DNA of 64,000 nucleotides. Source: Mizuhopecten yessoensis (lineage: Eukaryota). Shown piece by piece: positions 39,401-53,400 of this stretch. The stretch spans positions 884,979 to 948,978 of the forward strand of contig NW_018408845.1 in assembly GCF_002113885.1 (NCBI RefSeq), given 5' to 3'. The notes under the pieces were generated by a model. The model made no database searches and was not told where the DNA came from. It saw nothing but the letters and a program-made list of their open reading frames with translations. Position 1 is the first letter of the stretch. The number at the start of each line of letters is the position of its first letter. A program made the translations under genes and the position numbers.

Positions 39401-42400
39401 GCATGTGAAAGTAAAGTAGCATAAATCCTTAAATGTGTCTATATAAACACTTGTCATATTTACCAGACAAGCTGACAGGCAGCTGCTTGTGTGCTATTCA
39501 TCAATTACCTGTGAACTTGAGTGTTTTGTAAAAGTGTATCTTTGAGACTGATGCCATCAATTGGTCTGTCAGAAGGTGGTTGGATACCCACTAGGTCAAG
39601 CACAGTAGGAAATAGGTCCATCAATGACCCCACCTGATGGGACACCTGTAAACATGAAACCATAGCATAACACATCCATCAGCAACACAACCTGGATGTA
39701 CACCTATAAATACTTCACCAAAACAGGTCCATCAGTGGCACACCTGCCAAAACAACACTAAAGGATGTGGCACCTTTTGAATGTATTAACAATACAGGGA
39801 GATAACTGCNAAAAAAAACCCCCCCCCCCCCCCCCCCAATCCTTTAAAAGAATGTTATAATTGATATTTTGTTTGCTGGGCACAGTACCCTACAATGAAG
39901 TCTTTTCAGTTTCCAAAATGGGAAGGAATTGTCAAGTGTATAGTGATCATATACTGATAGGTAATTTACCCTTAAGCAGAAATTTACTACACTATTTATA
40001 TGCTATATAATTAAGAAGATAACTTTCTATACTATGCAATTAGAGGAAAGTTTACCTGGCCTGGCGAAATTTTTCCTGGCCACCACGCAATAGCTGGCTC
40101 CCTCATACCACCCTCAAATGTTGTCTCTTTACCACAAAGGAATGGCCCATTACTACCACCTGTATATGGATATTTGGAAGAAGATCAACCTTTTATCTGA
40201 AACCGCTGACATCACAATAAAATGGATGCAAACATCCCAATTTCAGTTGTAACAGAACTGGTCTGGGTCGATCATCGGCGACCAGGTAACTCAGGAGCAG
40301 AAAATGCATTGGTAGACCGGCCCGGATTTAATCCAGGGACCCTCTGAACGCTAGATGGACGCTCTACCAGTGGAGTTATCTTGGTCGTTGATGAACAACC
40401 CAGTCCAGTTCCGCTACAACTTAATGCCTTAATTCAAATATGTTACAGCACATCATCCTGAATCAGAATTTATCAAAAACAGGTAAAAGAATACACATTA
40501 TACATATTCACAATGCCTAAACAACAATACATTTACCTGAGGTTTTGGCATAAGTAGCTGCTCCATTGTCTGATGAGAAAAATACAAAAGTGTTTTTGTC
40601 AAGTCCTAGTTTTACCAGAGTTTTCAGGATTTCTCCAACTGCATAGTCAAGTTCTCGCACTGCATCCCCATACCTGTGTAAAATACAGCAGTCTATGATA
40701 CTCGGGACACCTGTACTAAATAATTATAACTAACCACAGCGTAACACCTGTAATTAAAAACTACATGCATTAAAATCTCCAAATTGAGTTATGTTCAACA
40801 AAAGAGAGCAAACCAGAATCCAAATCTTACACAAAAATATCTTTTCACTTGAAATCAGTTGATATGATCAACACATAATTTGAAATTTTATTTTACAGAG
40901 AAATTCTCACAAATATTTTTCAAAAGTCTTGCGAAAGTGGTGCTTTCGACATTTTACTCACAATCCACGTCTGCTGGTGTTGAGGAATTTTTGTGACACA
41001 TACAGAGGCTCGTGTGTGGCGTCAGGAGTCCAGTACAGGTAAAATGGCTGCTTATTTGAGTATTGTTGTTCAATGAACTGCACAGCTTCCTTTTTAGAGA
41101 CAACACCTTATATAGACATATAACAGACATAACCTTATATAGACATAACAAACATAAACTTATAGACATCACCTTATATAGACATAACATTCATCAACTT
41201 ATAGAGACAACACCTTATATAGACATATAACAGACATCAACTTATAGAGTCTTAATCCTATATAGACATAACAGACATCAACTTATGGAGACATAACCAT
41301 ATATAGACTTAACAGATATCAACTTATAGAGACATAACCTTATATATGCATTACTTTATAGAGACATCACCTTATACAGGAATTACTTTATAGAGACATC
41401 GCCTTATATAGCCATTACTTTATAGAGACATTGCCTTATATAGCCATTACTTTAAAGAGACATCACCTTGTATAGGCATTACATTATAGAGACATCACCT
41501 TATACAGGCAATACATTATAGAGACATCACCTTATATAGGCATTACTTTATAGAGACATCACCTTATATAGGCATTACTTTAAAGAGACATCACCTTATA
41601 TAGGCATTACTTTATAGAGACATCATCTTATATAGGCTTTACTTTATAGAGACATCACCTCATATAGACATAACAGATATAAACCTATTGGTACATCACC
41701 TTTTATAGACATTATTTTATAGAGACATTACCTTATATAGACATAAACTTATAGAGACATCACCTCATTTCGGCATTACTTTATAGAGACATCCCCTTAT
41801 ACAGGCATTACTTTATAGATACATCACCTTATATAGGCATTACTTTATAGAGACAGCATCTTATATAGGCATTACTTTACAGAGACATCATCTTATATAG
41901 GCATTACTTAATAGAGACATCATCTTATATAGGCATTACCCTATATAGACATCCCCTTATATAGGCATTACTTTATAGATACATCACCTTATATAGGCAT
42001 TACTTTATAGAGACAGCATCTTATATAGGCATTACTTTATAGATACATCACCTTATATAGCCATTACTTTATAGAGACATCACCTCATATAGACATTACT
42101 TTACAGAGACATCACCTTATACAGGCAATACATTATAGAGACATCACCTTATACAGGAATTACTTTATAGAGACATCGCCTTATATAGCCATTACTTTAT
42201 AGAGACATTGCCTTATATAGCCATTACTTTAAAGAGACATCACCTTGTATAGGCATTACTTTATAGAGACAGCATCTTATATAGGCATTACTTTATAGTG
42301 ACATCATCTTATATAGGCTTTACCTTATAGAGACATCACCTCATATAGACATTACTTTACAGAGACATCACCTTATATAGGCATTACTTTACAGAGACAT

Positions 42401-45400
42401 CATCTTATATAGGCATTACCCTATATAGACATCCCCTTATATAGGCATTACTTTATAGATACATCACCTTATATAGGCATTACTTGATAGAGACATCATC
42501 TTATATAGGCTTTACCTTATAGAGACATCACCTCATATAGACATAACAGATATAAACCTATTGTTACGTCACCTTTTATAGACATTATTTTATAGAGACA
42601 TCGCCTTATATAGACATAAATTTATAGAGGCATGACCTTATACAGACATAACCTTATAGAGACATCACCTTATTTCGGCATTACTTTATAGAGACATCCC
42701 CTTATACAGGCATTACTTTATAGATACATCACCTTATATAGACATAAACTTATAGAGGCTTCACCTTATACAACCATAACTTATAGAGACATCACCTTAT
42801 ATAGACATAAACTTATAGAGGCTTCACCTTATACAACCATAACTTATAGAGACATCACCTTATACAGGAATTACTTTATAGAGACAGCGCCTTATATAGC
42901 CATTACTTTATAGAGACATCACCTCATATAGACATAACAGATATAAACCTATTGTTACGTCACCTTTTATAGACATTATTTTATAGAGACATTACCTTAT
43001 ATAGACATAAACTTATAGAGGCTTCACCTTATACAACCATAAACTTATAGAGGCATCACCTTATTTCGGCATTACTTTATAGAGACATCCCCTTATACAG
43101 GCATTACTTTATAGATACATCACCTTATATAGGCATTCCTTTATAGAGACATCACCTCATATAGACATAACAGATATAAACCTATTGTTACATCACCTTT
43201 TATAGACATTATTTTATAGAGACATTACCTTATATAGACATAAACTTATAGAGGCTTCACCTTATACAACCATAAACTTATAGAGACATCACCTTATTTC
43301 GGCATTACTTTATAGAGACATCACCTCATATAGACATTACTTTATAGAGACATCACCTTATATAGGCATTACTTTATAGATACATCACCTTACATAGGCA
43401 TTATTTTATAGAGACATCACCTTATATAGGCATTACTTTAGAGATATCACCTTATATAGGCATTACTTTATAGAGACATCACCTTATATATAATATTATA
43501 CAGATCTATGTAATAGACAATCCATTACATAATTCATGAAATAGCAAAGCAGTTATAGTAATTTCAAATTTCATCAATTCAATTAAAAAAAAAAGATAAT
43601 GCACTTCTACCAATTCATTACAGTTAAAAACCATTTCTCAAAACTGATTTCTTTTTATTCATAATTGAGATAATATCACTGGATTTTTTTTCAGTATTTA
43701 AAATTGATATTTAAGATGACAAACATAATTCTTGCAAAGAAGAGTACCATGTCATACATACATCTAAGTACATCATCGTCAGGTTGGATAATCCTGTCTT
43801 CCTATCAATCTGGAAATCTTCATAATATCTGTAACATCAATGTCAGCAATTGTCTATACTGTTAAGGCTTTAATATACATTTGTCTGATATGTCAAGGTC
43901 ATCATGCTTGTCAAGGTCAGACATATATAATACTGTATGAGGATCACTAAGTATGGACAGCCCTAAGTCAAGGCCATCATAAGCCTATAAATATCGTTGA
44001 TGCCAAGGTCAAATATGCACATACACACACAAAATTTGCTTCTCAAGGTCATACATATGTAATATCAAGGTCACCATACACAAGCAATGTCAAACAGACA
44101 ATATATATGTCTATAATGTCAAGGGAATGGTTTGCCATACATCTGTAATAATGATTCATGTATCACCATACATGTGTAATGTCAAGAATGTACTATATCT
44201 ATGATGCCATGGTTATCAATAATCTGCAATGTCAAGGTTATATTTCTGAAATTCAAATGTCTTCTTTCTTTCTAATTTCAATGCGGTCTCCATTTAATGT
44301 CAAGGGCACAGCACACATTTATAGTTTACATTTGAATATAACGGTCTGGTCAGTTTTACCCGACATCCCGGCGATACATACTATAGAAATGATCCCTAAA
44401 AGTAACTGACTGTGATAGAAGCTGCAAATGTATTGTTTGGAACATCATATAATTGGATTATCAAGATAATTGATTATATAACAGATTTTTTGGGTTATAC
44501 GACTATCTTTGAAGCATTTCTTAATACAACATCCCATTTCTTAGGCGTTATAGGTAACAGATGAGTGAGGATCTGAGACAAACCTGCCGGCCATGAGTGC
44601 ATCACGATAGACTGGGATGTTTGGAGTGTGGACGTCATCGTACGGCCCAAAGTGACAGTTAGGGGCACCAAACCACTCATTAAAGCCATGTTTGAGGGGA
44701 TGGTACTGGGGCAGATGGCCCAGGTGCCTGGAATATACAGTACATGTATAGTTTTACCAGGTACTACTACAGTTAAGTAGAACACGTTATAGCCTCTTTA
44801 TAGAGTATTACAGCTAAGGTATCTATTTGTATGATTTGTAAAGAAACCTATTGTGCATAGAATGAGTAAGCATGAGCATGTTTTCCTTCACCACATTGTT
44901 TACACAACATTTTTGGCAATGTCGAGAATCTTCACTGATTGGATGCAAATCAAGACTGACCAGAAGATGTCATCTGCTATTTGTGATTATTTTGAAATAG
45001 AGTAAATCAAACTCATGTACTGTGATTTGATGTATTGTAACTGCTTTGTTGTTTCATACATACCATTTACCAACAATTTTGTTGTGATATCCTAATTTAT
45101 TTAGAAGTTCTGGCAGGAGGATTTCAGAGTCTGCTATACCTCCCACAATGTTCTGGGGGGTGTAGGCTGAAACAATAAAATAAAATGATACTTTTTATGT
45201 AAATTCCAACTGTAAGAGCTACCAGTACTTCACTCCAGAGCATTACTTCTACATTTATTATAAACCTGTATATACAGAGACAATAGTTCAAATCTATATC
45301 AAGTTGAAGCAGATATTTCCTGAAAGTAACCTGTGCAATGCAATTTCTTCTTGGCACAATATAGGTAAAAACTTGGTAACGTTTTAAAGGCCATATCAGA

Positions 45401-46944
45401 CTACTGTTTAGCACTTGCATTATGTTTTCCTGATATGTATTTCTGTGTTATTTTGTGAGCGGAGACAATCACAAATTCCAAAGTTATTTCCACATGTTAC
45501 TGTAAATAACTTACATGTAAATCACAAGTCGAGGAAAGACAAGTGTGCATTCAATATCTTACAATAATCTATTCAGACATAATTGTATAAACGATATACA
45601 TAGCAAAAATAATCTTATTGCAAATTAAAACCCTTGCAAATATTGTGTTGAAAGAATAATTGTGAAAATAACAATTTTGACTAAATTTTGTGATTTACTG
45701 TTTTACACAAAGTTAATTATAACTGACTTTCCTCCTTACAGATCACATATTCCCTAATTGTTCAGCTTTAACTCATACTATACTCAAGTATTTCTGAACA
45801 TTATGATTATCAAGGATATGTGCATGGTGACCAATCAATTAAAGACCTTCGAGCAATTTTATGTACAGTATTGACTTTCTTTTGTAATTCCAAATGTGCA
45901 CAAATATAAGCAAAAAGCAGCATTAGTTTGATGCATAACTGATATTTTTGAAATCTGTAGATTTATCTGTTGGAACTTTTGCAGTAAAATCTGATCAGGT
46001 TGATCATGGGTGACAGGGAATCGCAGTTTGTTAAAACAGCAATCAGTCTAAGAGGTCCCAAGTTCAAATCCCGCTCTGGTACATTGCATTTTGTCACTCC
46101 TGTTATATAGTATATTAAGGTCAATCCTTGGTACTTGTCACTCCTGTTATATAGTATATTAAGGTCAATCCTGGGTACTTGATAGAAGGAGTAGGTATAT
46201 GAGAGTGATGTACAAGGTTTACCATTCCTAGCATGGGCATTAGTGGAGTAGAAACCGTTTCTGATAGGTAGTCTCCCCGTCAACATGGCGGCACGAGCTA
46301 CAACATAAGAAATACATATTGATATTTACTTAAAAGGAAAAAGCTATCAAAATAAACTTGATAATGACAATTATGTTTATGCATATTTTTCTGCTACATG
46401 CCTTTACAAGTACTTACAGGGAGAACACAGAGGGTTTGCGGAGTAGAAGTCAGTAAACAGCATTCCCTCACTGGCCATCCTGTCCAGGTTTGGGGTCTCT
46501 TTACTGGGCTCTCCAAACACGCCAAGGTCTCCCCAACCCATCTGTAAACACATTGCTGCTTTAGTAAAAGAAAACTATCTATCAAGATTATTCTTTTGTT
46601 TATGTGTCTGAATATGATGTCAAACTTTTTAGATATAGCAGATATGAAATTACATTTGTCTCCTGCTATCTTTTACTTCAGAGTCATTCTGGAATGGAAT
46701 GATTTGTCCTGAATCATGTAAGCAACCAGCAAACATATAGCGAAAACGTCAGTACAACTACCCCCCCCCCCCATATAGCGAAAACCTCCCCCCGAGTCCT
46801 AAAAAACATGATATGTAATCAATCAGCTTAATTACTTACATCGTCCATCAACATCACAATGACATTTGGGGTTTCGTTTGTGCATCCTTCTTTTACCTTC
46901 AGCATCAAATATATCAACAAGATACACGTGTTGTAACTGTACAT
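36492..46944 (-). CDS. GALNS: N-acetylgalactosamine-6-sulfatase, 517 aa, 14 coding exons
   Basis: Minus-strand exons: 46944-46840, 46541-46418, 46297-46223, 45166-45064, 44727-44584, 43828-43762, 41089-40962, 40673-40537, 40159-40056, 39645-39509, 38757-38655, 38092-37974, 37289-37172, 36581-36492; 1554 nt, phases consistent. Motifs: [24 protein letters not shown] (formylglycine motif), [38 protein letters not shown]...CSWPH*. Confidence 0.96.
36645..36833. mobile_element. Palindromic MITE, family A, copy 2 (GALNS last intron)
   Basis: TATTCTGTCTTTTCGTATTGCAGA...TCTGCATTACGAAAAGACAGAATA; homologous to 13520-13697, opposite orientation. Confidence 0.85.
37322..37385. mobile_element. 64-bp hairpin mini-MITE with a perfect 9-bp TSD
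   Basis: CATCGTTGGATACCCACGGTTGATTTCG-loop-CGAAATCAACCGTGGGTATCCGATGATG, flanked by AGAGTCCTG on both sides (37313-37321, 37386-37394). Confidence 0.9.
40248..40418 (-). mobile_element. tRNA-like solo LTR derivative with ~45-bp inverted termini
   Basis: Minus strand reads TGTAGCGGAACTGGACT...GGTAGAGCG...TGTTACA, homologous to 48640-48779; the ends are inverted repeats. Confidence 0.7.
41095..43495. repeat. 32-bp tandem satellite in GALNS intron 6
   Basis: ATAGAGACATCACCTTATATAGGCATTACTTT, period 32 (41521 to 41553), with shorter variants. Confidence 0.95.
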
Positions 46945-46974
46945 GTTGACATACAATAAGCACCCAGTTCAGGC

Positions 46975-47480
46975 TGAGAATAAAATAGACAAATATCACA
47001 TGACTACAGTCACATGATATATCACGTGATCATATACGCTGAAAGGTTCGTGGAGGGTTTACAAGATAATGCATACAGTTGAAAAAGTCATCTTTAATAA
47101 AAACAATGCATAAAAATATTTATTTGAGTATGAATTCTGATTTAATTAACCAAATTAACCTCTCCCGTGACAAAAGATGAGTCATACAATACAGATACAG
47201 AAAAATACCCCTTCGATCCCTCAAGCACCATTGGTAGAGGGCGCTATTGATGGAACAGCAGTTCTGAAGGCGAAAAACACTGAAAGAAATTATGGCGCAA
47301 ACGTTTTTGGAGCCCTTTTCAGGTCGTGACCATAACCAGCTTATTTGAAAATCGTTTCTAAATTCTTGTTGGTAACCGTTGTCTCGTTTTAACGACAGGG
47401 AGCCGACCGATCTATTCTTACAGTAGACTGAAAAATTTGCATGTTGTTGGTGTTCCGCCATTTTGATTTCCACGCAAAAT
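46975..47480. promoter_or_regulatory. Head-to-head GALNS/ZNF341 promoter region
   Basis: The ATGs are ~350 bp apart (46944 on -, 47292 on +); locally CpG-richer; E-box CACGTG ~47023; YY1-type CCGCCATTTT ~47455. Confidence 0.55.
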
Positions 47481-50400
47481 ATCCAGATAGCTCTCCTCAA
47501 AACATCAATTTTAAATTCCCTGTCGGCGTATGAAAATTAAATGCCCTGAACTAATATGTAAATATAATGTATATTGTTCGACAACACATATTAGATTTAC
47601 AAAAAAGAAACACTAGTACGTAAAATTATGTGAATGAGGTGTTGTCATGAATGGGTGTGAATAACATTTCTGGAATGGCCAACTTGCCGGTTATAACGCA
47701 TTTTACAGGGGGGTTACATTACACAGAATAGCCTCACCTCACTGGGTCACTAACTAGTTGCACTTAGGCCCATGACTTCCTCATAGCCACAAGAAAACTT
47801 CAGTTTGTCGATAGTAAACCAAAGCAATGTTATTTGATAACATATTGCATGAACTGGCTTGAGGATTCATTGATGATTATTAATTTTGCATAATAAAAGG
47901 CATATTGGCTAAGTTATAAAAAAAACCCTCTCAAAACGTTGCAATTACCAGCAAAAAAACTTGCATTATCAATTTAATATAAACATTTACTAAAATATTG
48001 ATAATGACTAAAAAAAAGCTGTTCTGTTTAAGGGATGAAAACAAAATTCAGCTACTCCGAATTGCACCACAATTGTTAACCAGCATAATTTTGTCCCTCA
48101 ATATTATACAGAGTTACAGTCCAGTTTTATATTTTCTGACAATGATAACAGCATGGAGAGAACTTCTAAATGTTTTGTGATTTAAAGTACATATGTGGAA
48201 TATATATATACTGCAACTGAGATAATGGACCCAGGATTACCATGTTAATATGACTTCCAAAATTATTCATATTGTTGGTAATCATTTGACAAATGATGAT
48301 CAATAAACACAGAAACATGGCCAATTAGTTGTGTAACAAGATTAGTACAACATATTATATGTATATTATATATATGAATATTTCATCCCATAACAACTGT
48401 AAATACAGTTACAGGATTTTGTATTGTTTTACAAAGTTAAAAACTTATTAGTTGTTAATTATTTTGAGATAGGCTTACTTCAAATGGTGGAAGGAAAATT
48501 TACTTTTTAGAAATGTCTTCTTTTAATTCCAATGGTTCACAGAATTCACTTTGCCTAGATGCGTAGATCAAGTTAATATTATAACTGACATCATGACATA
48601 TCGATTATCGTTTACTTTTTCTATTAATCAAGTAAGGTTTGTAACAGGAGCGGAAAAATACACGGCCAAACCGGGGTTTGAACCAGAGATCCTCCGAACT
48701 CTTTACAGACGCTCTACCAATTGAGCTTAATGTAACCTGGTCACTGGCGATCGACCCTAGTGAGTCCAGTTCCGCTTCAAATAGCATAAAAAACCCATTT
48801 CTATAACATGTATCTTATCTTGTGTTACAGTGTCAGGGATGGACTGTCAGACTGCGGTGGCTGTTCAGTCTTTGTTGGAGTCCACAGTCAGTGATGCTTC
48901 TCCAAGTAAGTGATGATCACTATATCCTATCACTGTTATGATATATCCTGTCACTGTTATGATATATCCTGTCACTGTTATGATATATCCTATCACTGTT
49001 ATGATATATACTGTCACTGTTATGATATATCCTATCACTGTTATGATATATACTATCACTGTTATGATATATACTATCACTGTTATGATATATCCTATCA
49101 CTGTTATGATATATCCTATCACTGTTATGATATATACTATCACTGTTATGAAAAAATTACATTGACTTTTAATGGTATTTCCATGTAATTCTAGAGCTGG
49201 AAAAACTTTTAGTATTTGAATATTCTTCTTGAAAGAATATTGGATACTTATAAAGTTCTATATCAATTTTTTAAACCTTTTTCTTTCTTATTCTTTTTCT
49301 CTTTTAATTACCATATTTGACCGCAAATAAGCCCCCACCCTTGTGACCAAAAGTACAAATGCTCACAAATGTCTAGCATCTTGGATATACAACTGTTTTA
49401 ATCTATAACCACACTACATATCATGGGCTTAGAGTTGTTCATGTTGTAAAAATAACAACCAAAAGGCAGAGGATTTATTAACAGTCACCAAAAACGATTA
49501 TAGTGTCTTGTGCTGTAGATTTCTGAACCAATTTTATTGCATTCATGTATGCATAGATTAAAGTATTGCGTAACTCAATGCTGAAGTTACTTGCTGTAAG
49601 CTTCCTTTGCCTATCTATTGATAACTGTGATTTGATTTGAAAATGTTTAGTCCATTTTTTTTCTCACAAATATGTAAAATAAAGATTAGTATTCTATATC
49701 TCATTTTGTTGGCATGTTAAACATTGTGTCCACAAAATGAATCGCCAAAGAAACAACAACCATGTAAAAATTAAAGAGAACTGTCTTTATATTTAATCTA
49801 GAAAGAGATGCTAACACTTCTTTTTTCGTTATAGTTGACGAAGAGGATGTCTTTCAGTGTGGAAAGTGTAAGAAACAGTTCACATCACTTGGTGCCTTTG
49901 TAAACCACAAACAGAGCCGATGTGTCACTCAGAAAACCATTCAGCAGCTGACAAATGCCATCAGTAGTGCTGTCAACACTGTGCCTGTATCCTCCAACTT
50001 AATGCAAAATGTCAACAAAGGACCACAACTCATACAGGTAGACAACTATGGTGACTAAAGTTCTCAGGAAGTCCACATCATTTTAAAACATCTTGTATAA
50101 AGTACAGGTAGTAATTTTTAAAATTTAGTAGATCAACTACAACTTTTTTGTCATGCACACTGCTGTACTAAGTTATGTTTTTGGTACAGATGTACTGTGA
50201 GATCCTGATAAGAATTTACAGATTGTCTCTGATGTAATAGTGTACAGTTTTACATAGATCATTCTAAAATTAAGTTTTATATACTGTAAGGTATTATTTA
50301 AGGTACATATATTAAGATAGTGTTGTCCCGATGATCGATTTTAATCGTTATCTAATCGGAAAGGTAACCGATTCCCGACAATCGATTATGAGATGTCAAC

Positions 50401-53400
50401 ATCGAGGATTGTTTTCAAAATCGGAAGTGCAAGTTCTACTTCCATTTTCACTAAGAGAGAACGGGAGTTCTATGTCATTTTACTCTTAACTATAACTTCT
50501 TACCAATTATGCTATTTAAACATAATTAATTGCAAATAATATAAATGATAACTGTTCATTTATAAAGATTGTTATGTTGAAATGGTATGATAAAAAATAA
50601 AGATACGAAACTAAGCGGAGTTAAGCTAGTAAAAAATCAAAATGACGGCGAGCTCAGTGCTACGAAGGAAATAGGCCTAAGGATTATGTAACGGAGGCTA
50701 ACCGATTAATTATCGAAAATCGATTGGTTGACACTAACCGATTATATCTGATAATTGTTGTTGAAATCTCAACCGATTCCCAACACTATATTAGATGCCA
50801 TACAACTTATCATTGACAAGATATTATTGAAATCTATATCTGAACGTGAGATTTTACACTTGTGATGTACTTTTATTTAGACCTCATACGCACCACAGAC
50901 CTCCATCACCCAGCTTCCACAGAATATGGTTCTCACAGACGACCTTATGTCCTTCGCCAACGTAGACACATCAGCGATTCAACTGGTAAGTTTCATCTTG
51001 TCTCTCTTCAATTAGAATTGAAGTCTACAAATTTATAACAGTGTTTTTAAGCTAACCAGGCCAGAAGGACCAAATAGGCATGCATCATGTTGTGGCATCC
51101 TTTGTCTGTTCTTTAAAACGCTACTTGTCCCGAATGGTTGAACTGATTTTGACTTAATTTGGTCTGGAGAATTGTTGAGCAGAGAGGCGACTTTTGTATA
51201 AATGGAAGGTGCCAGCACCTTCATCCTTTTGAGGGTAGAGAGGTGGGATCAACCCAAAAGGGAAACGATCCTATTAAAATACAGCTCCTCATTATGTTAT
51301 CATTCTACTATCATCGTTCTACTATCATTGGTCTTCTATCATCGTTCTACTATCATCGTTCTACTATCATACGATAGTATAATGAGGAGCTGTATTTCAA
51401 TCAGATTGAAAGGGAAATAAAAAGATTAAAAAAAAAATGCCTACACCTTCAGTATGAAAGAAGTGATTTTAATCTTACTTTGTATAAAGATTCCCTTGGT
51501 TAAGGGGACTTAATTTTACATAAACAGTGTATAGAGTTAGGGTGCAAAAGGGGAATAGATGTAAATCTTTAAAAAAATCATTCAGTCTGTTGTTTTATTA
51601 CATGTTACAGAATTTATATTAACATCTGATTTGAACAAATCAATAATTTAAGAACCTTGCTGGATTATTTATTTTTTATAGCAGGCCTCTACTTTACAGT
51701 CAGCTGGTCCGTTCCTGTCTCAGGTTGCGACTTTCACTTCAAGATCGCCAAACAACGTTACCATTCTTAGTCCCGTGACCACATCACTGCCCTCTAGTGG
51801 CTCCGCCTTCACCAGCACAGTCCATTCTACCAATCAGATTCATCTACAGCCAGTCCAGCAGCAAATCACCCTGACTACACTCCCAGAGAAACCAATAGCC
51901 CCTAATATGGGCAACATAGCTAAGCCAAGTCCAACTAAGGCAGGTGAGCCAAAAAAGGATTTCATTTTGTGCTGCTGTTTGGTTTCTGGTCAAATATGTA
52001 GAATAATAACCTTTGTCAATTGACAGAGTAATATTGTCATAATTTGTAAATCCTGCTTTAAAACAATTTTGTCATGACTAAGTTTTATTACCTGGATAAA
52101 GATATTCCACTGTAGATATTTTTTCAAAGTTTGAGTATTCATTCAGTTTTCATTCTGTTGAAATACTTCAAAAATAAATTGGTTATGTAACTTTTCAGTA
52201 TCATATGTTGTGGGTAAATCAATGCATTTTCTGTCCGTACAGGAAGAAAATCAGCCCAAGCTAGCCTTGTAACCGTTGTTTCAGCAGACTCACTTGTGAA
52301 GCTAAAACGCAGCAAAAATGGCAACATGGTGTTGGACGAGAAAAAAAAGCTACGTTGTAACTACTGTGATAAAACATTCGCTAAAAACTTTGACCTTAAC
52401 CAACATGTGCGCGCACACACAGGAGAAAAACCCTTCCAATGTATCGTCTGTGGGCGAGCCTTCGCACAGAAATCCAACGTCAAAAAACATATGGCAACAC
52501 ACAAGGTAGTGTTGTCCCGATGATCGCTTATAATCAATATCTAATCAGAAAGGCAACCGATTCCCGACAATCGATTATGAGATGTCAACATCAATGATTG
52601 TTTTCAAAACTGGAAGTGCGAGTTCTACTTTCATTTTCACTAAGAGAGAACGGGGGTTCTATGTCATTTTGCTCTTAACTATAACTTCTTACCAATCATG
52701 CTATTTAAACATAATTAATTGCAAAACAAAAGTATTAGGGTCTGTTTCAAAGTTGAAATTTCATTAGTAGTATTAATAAAAGGAAAAGCCATGCCATTGT
52801 TAAAAACAAAAGTAATATTTTTTTAAGGATTATGTAACTGTAGGCTAACCGAATAATAATCGAAAATCGATCTGTTGACACTAACTTATTATATCCGATC
52901 ATTGATGTTGAAATCTCAACCGATTCCCAACACTAACACAAGGTAACATAAACAATTAACAAATGCAACAAATCAAGAAACAAATGAAATTATGCAAAAA
53001 TGTAAGTGTGTTTAAAAAAGCCCAACCAAATTCTCAGATTAATAAATTTCATGAACTGTATAACTCTTTCTGTACATATAGGAGAGTTTTTTGAACATTT
53101 TTATCCGTATTTAAATTCTATCATTCATTTCATGTATTTTTATGGGTGCTCATATTTTTATTTTTTTTATATGAATTAAAATTCAATAGTCTAGATCAAA
53201 TCCTTGTGTTATGGTAGGTATGGCCAGCAGGAGCAGGGTCCACTCTACCAAACCAGCCGTCACCCCTGTTGATTGAGGAAGACGAGGAGCCCCCTCTCGA
53301 CTCCTCGCTGGACCCACCTCCATCTGAGGAACTGAACCAGAACCAACTCATGACCCACGAAGATTCCCTGGCACACGTCACTGATGTCCCACAGGTGGTT

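Noticed and set aside
48865-49188. Cys/His-rich or hydrophobic repeat peptides
   Set aside because: Translation of a 21-bp intronic minisatellite.
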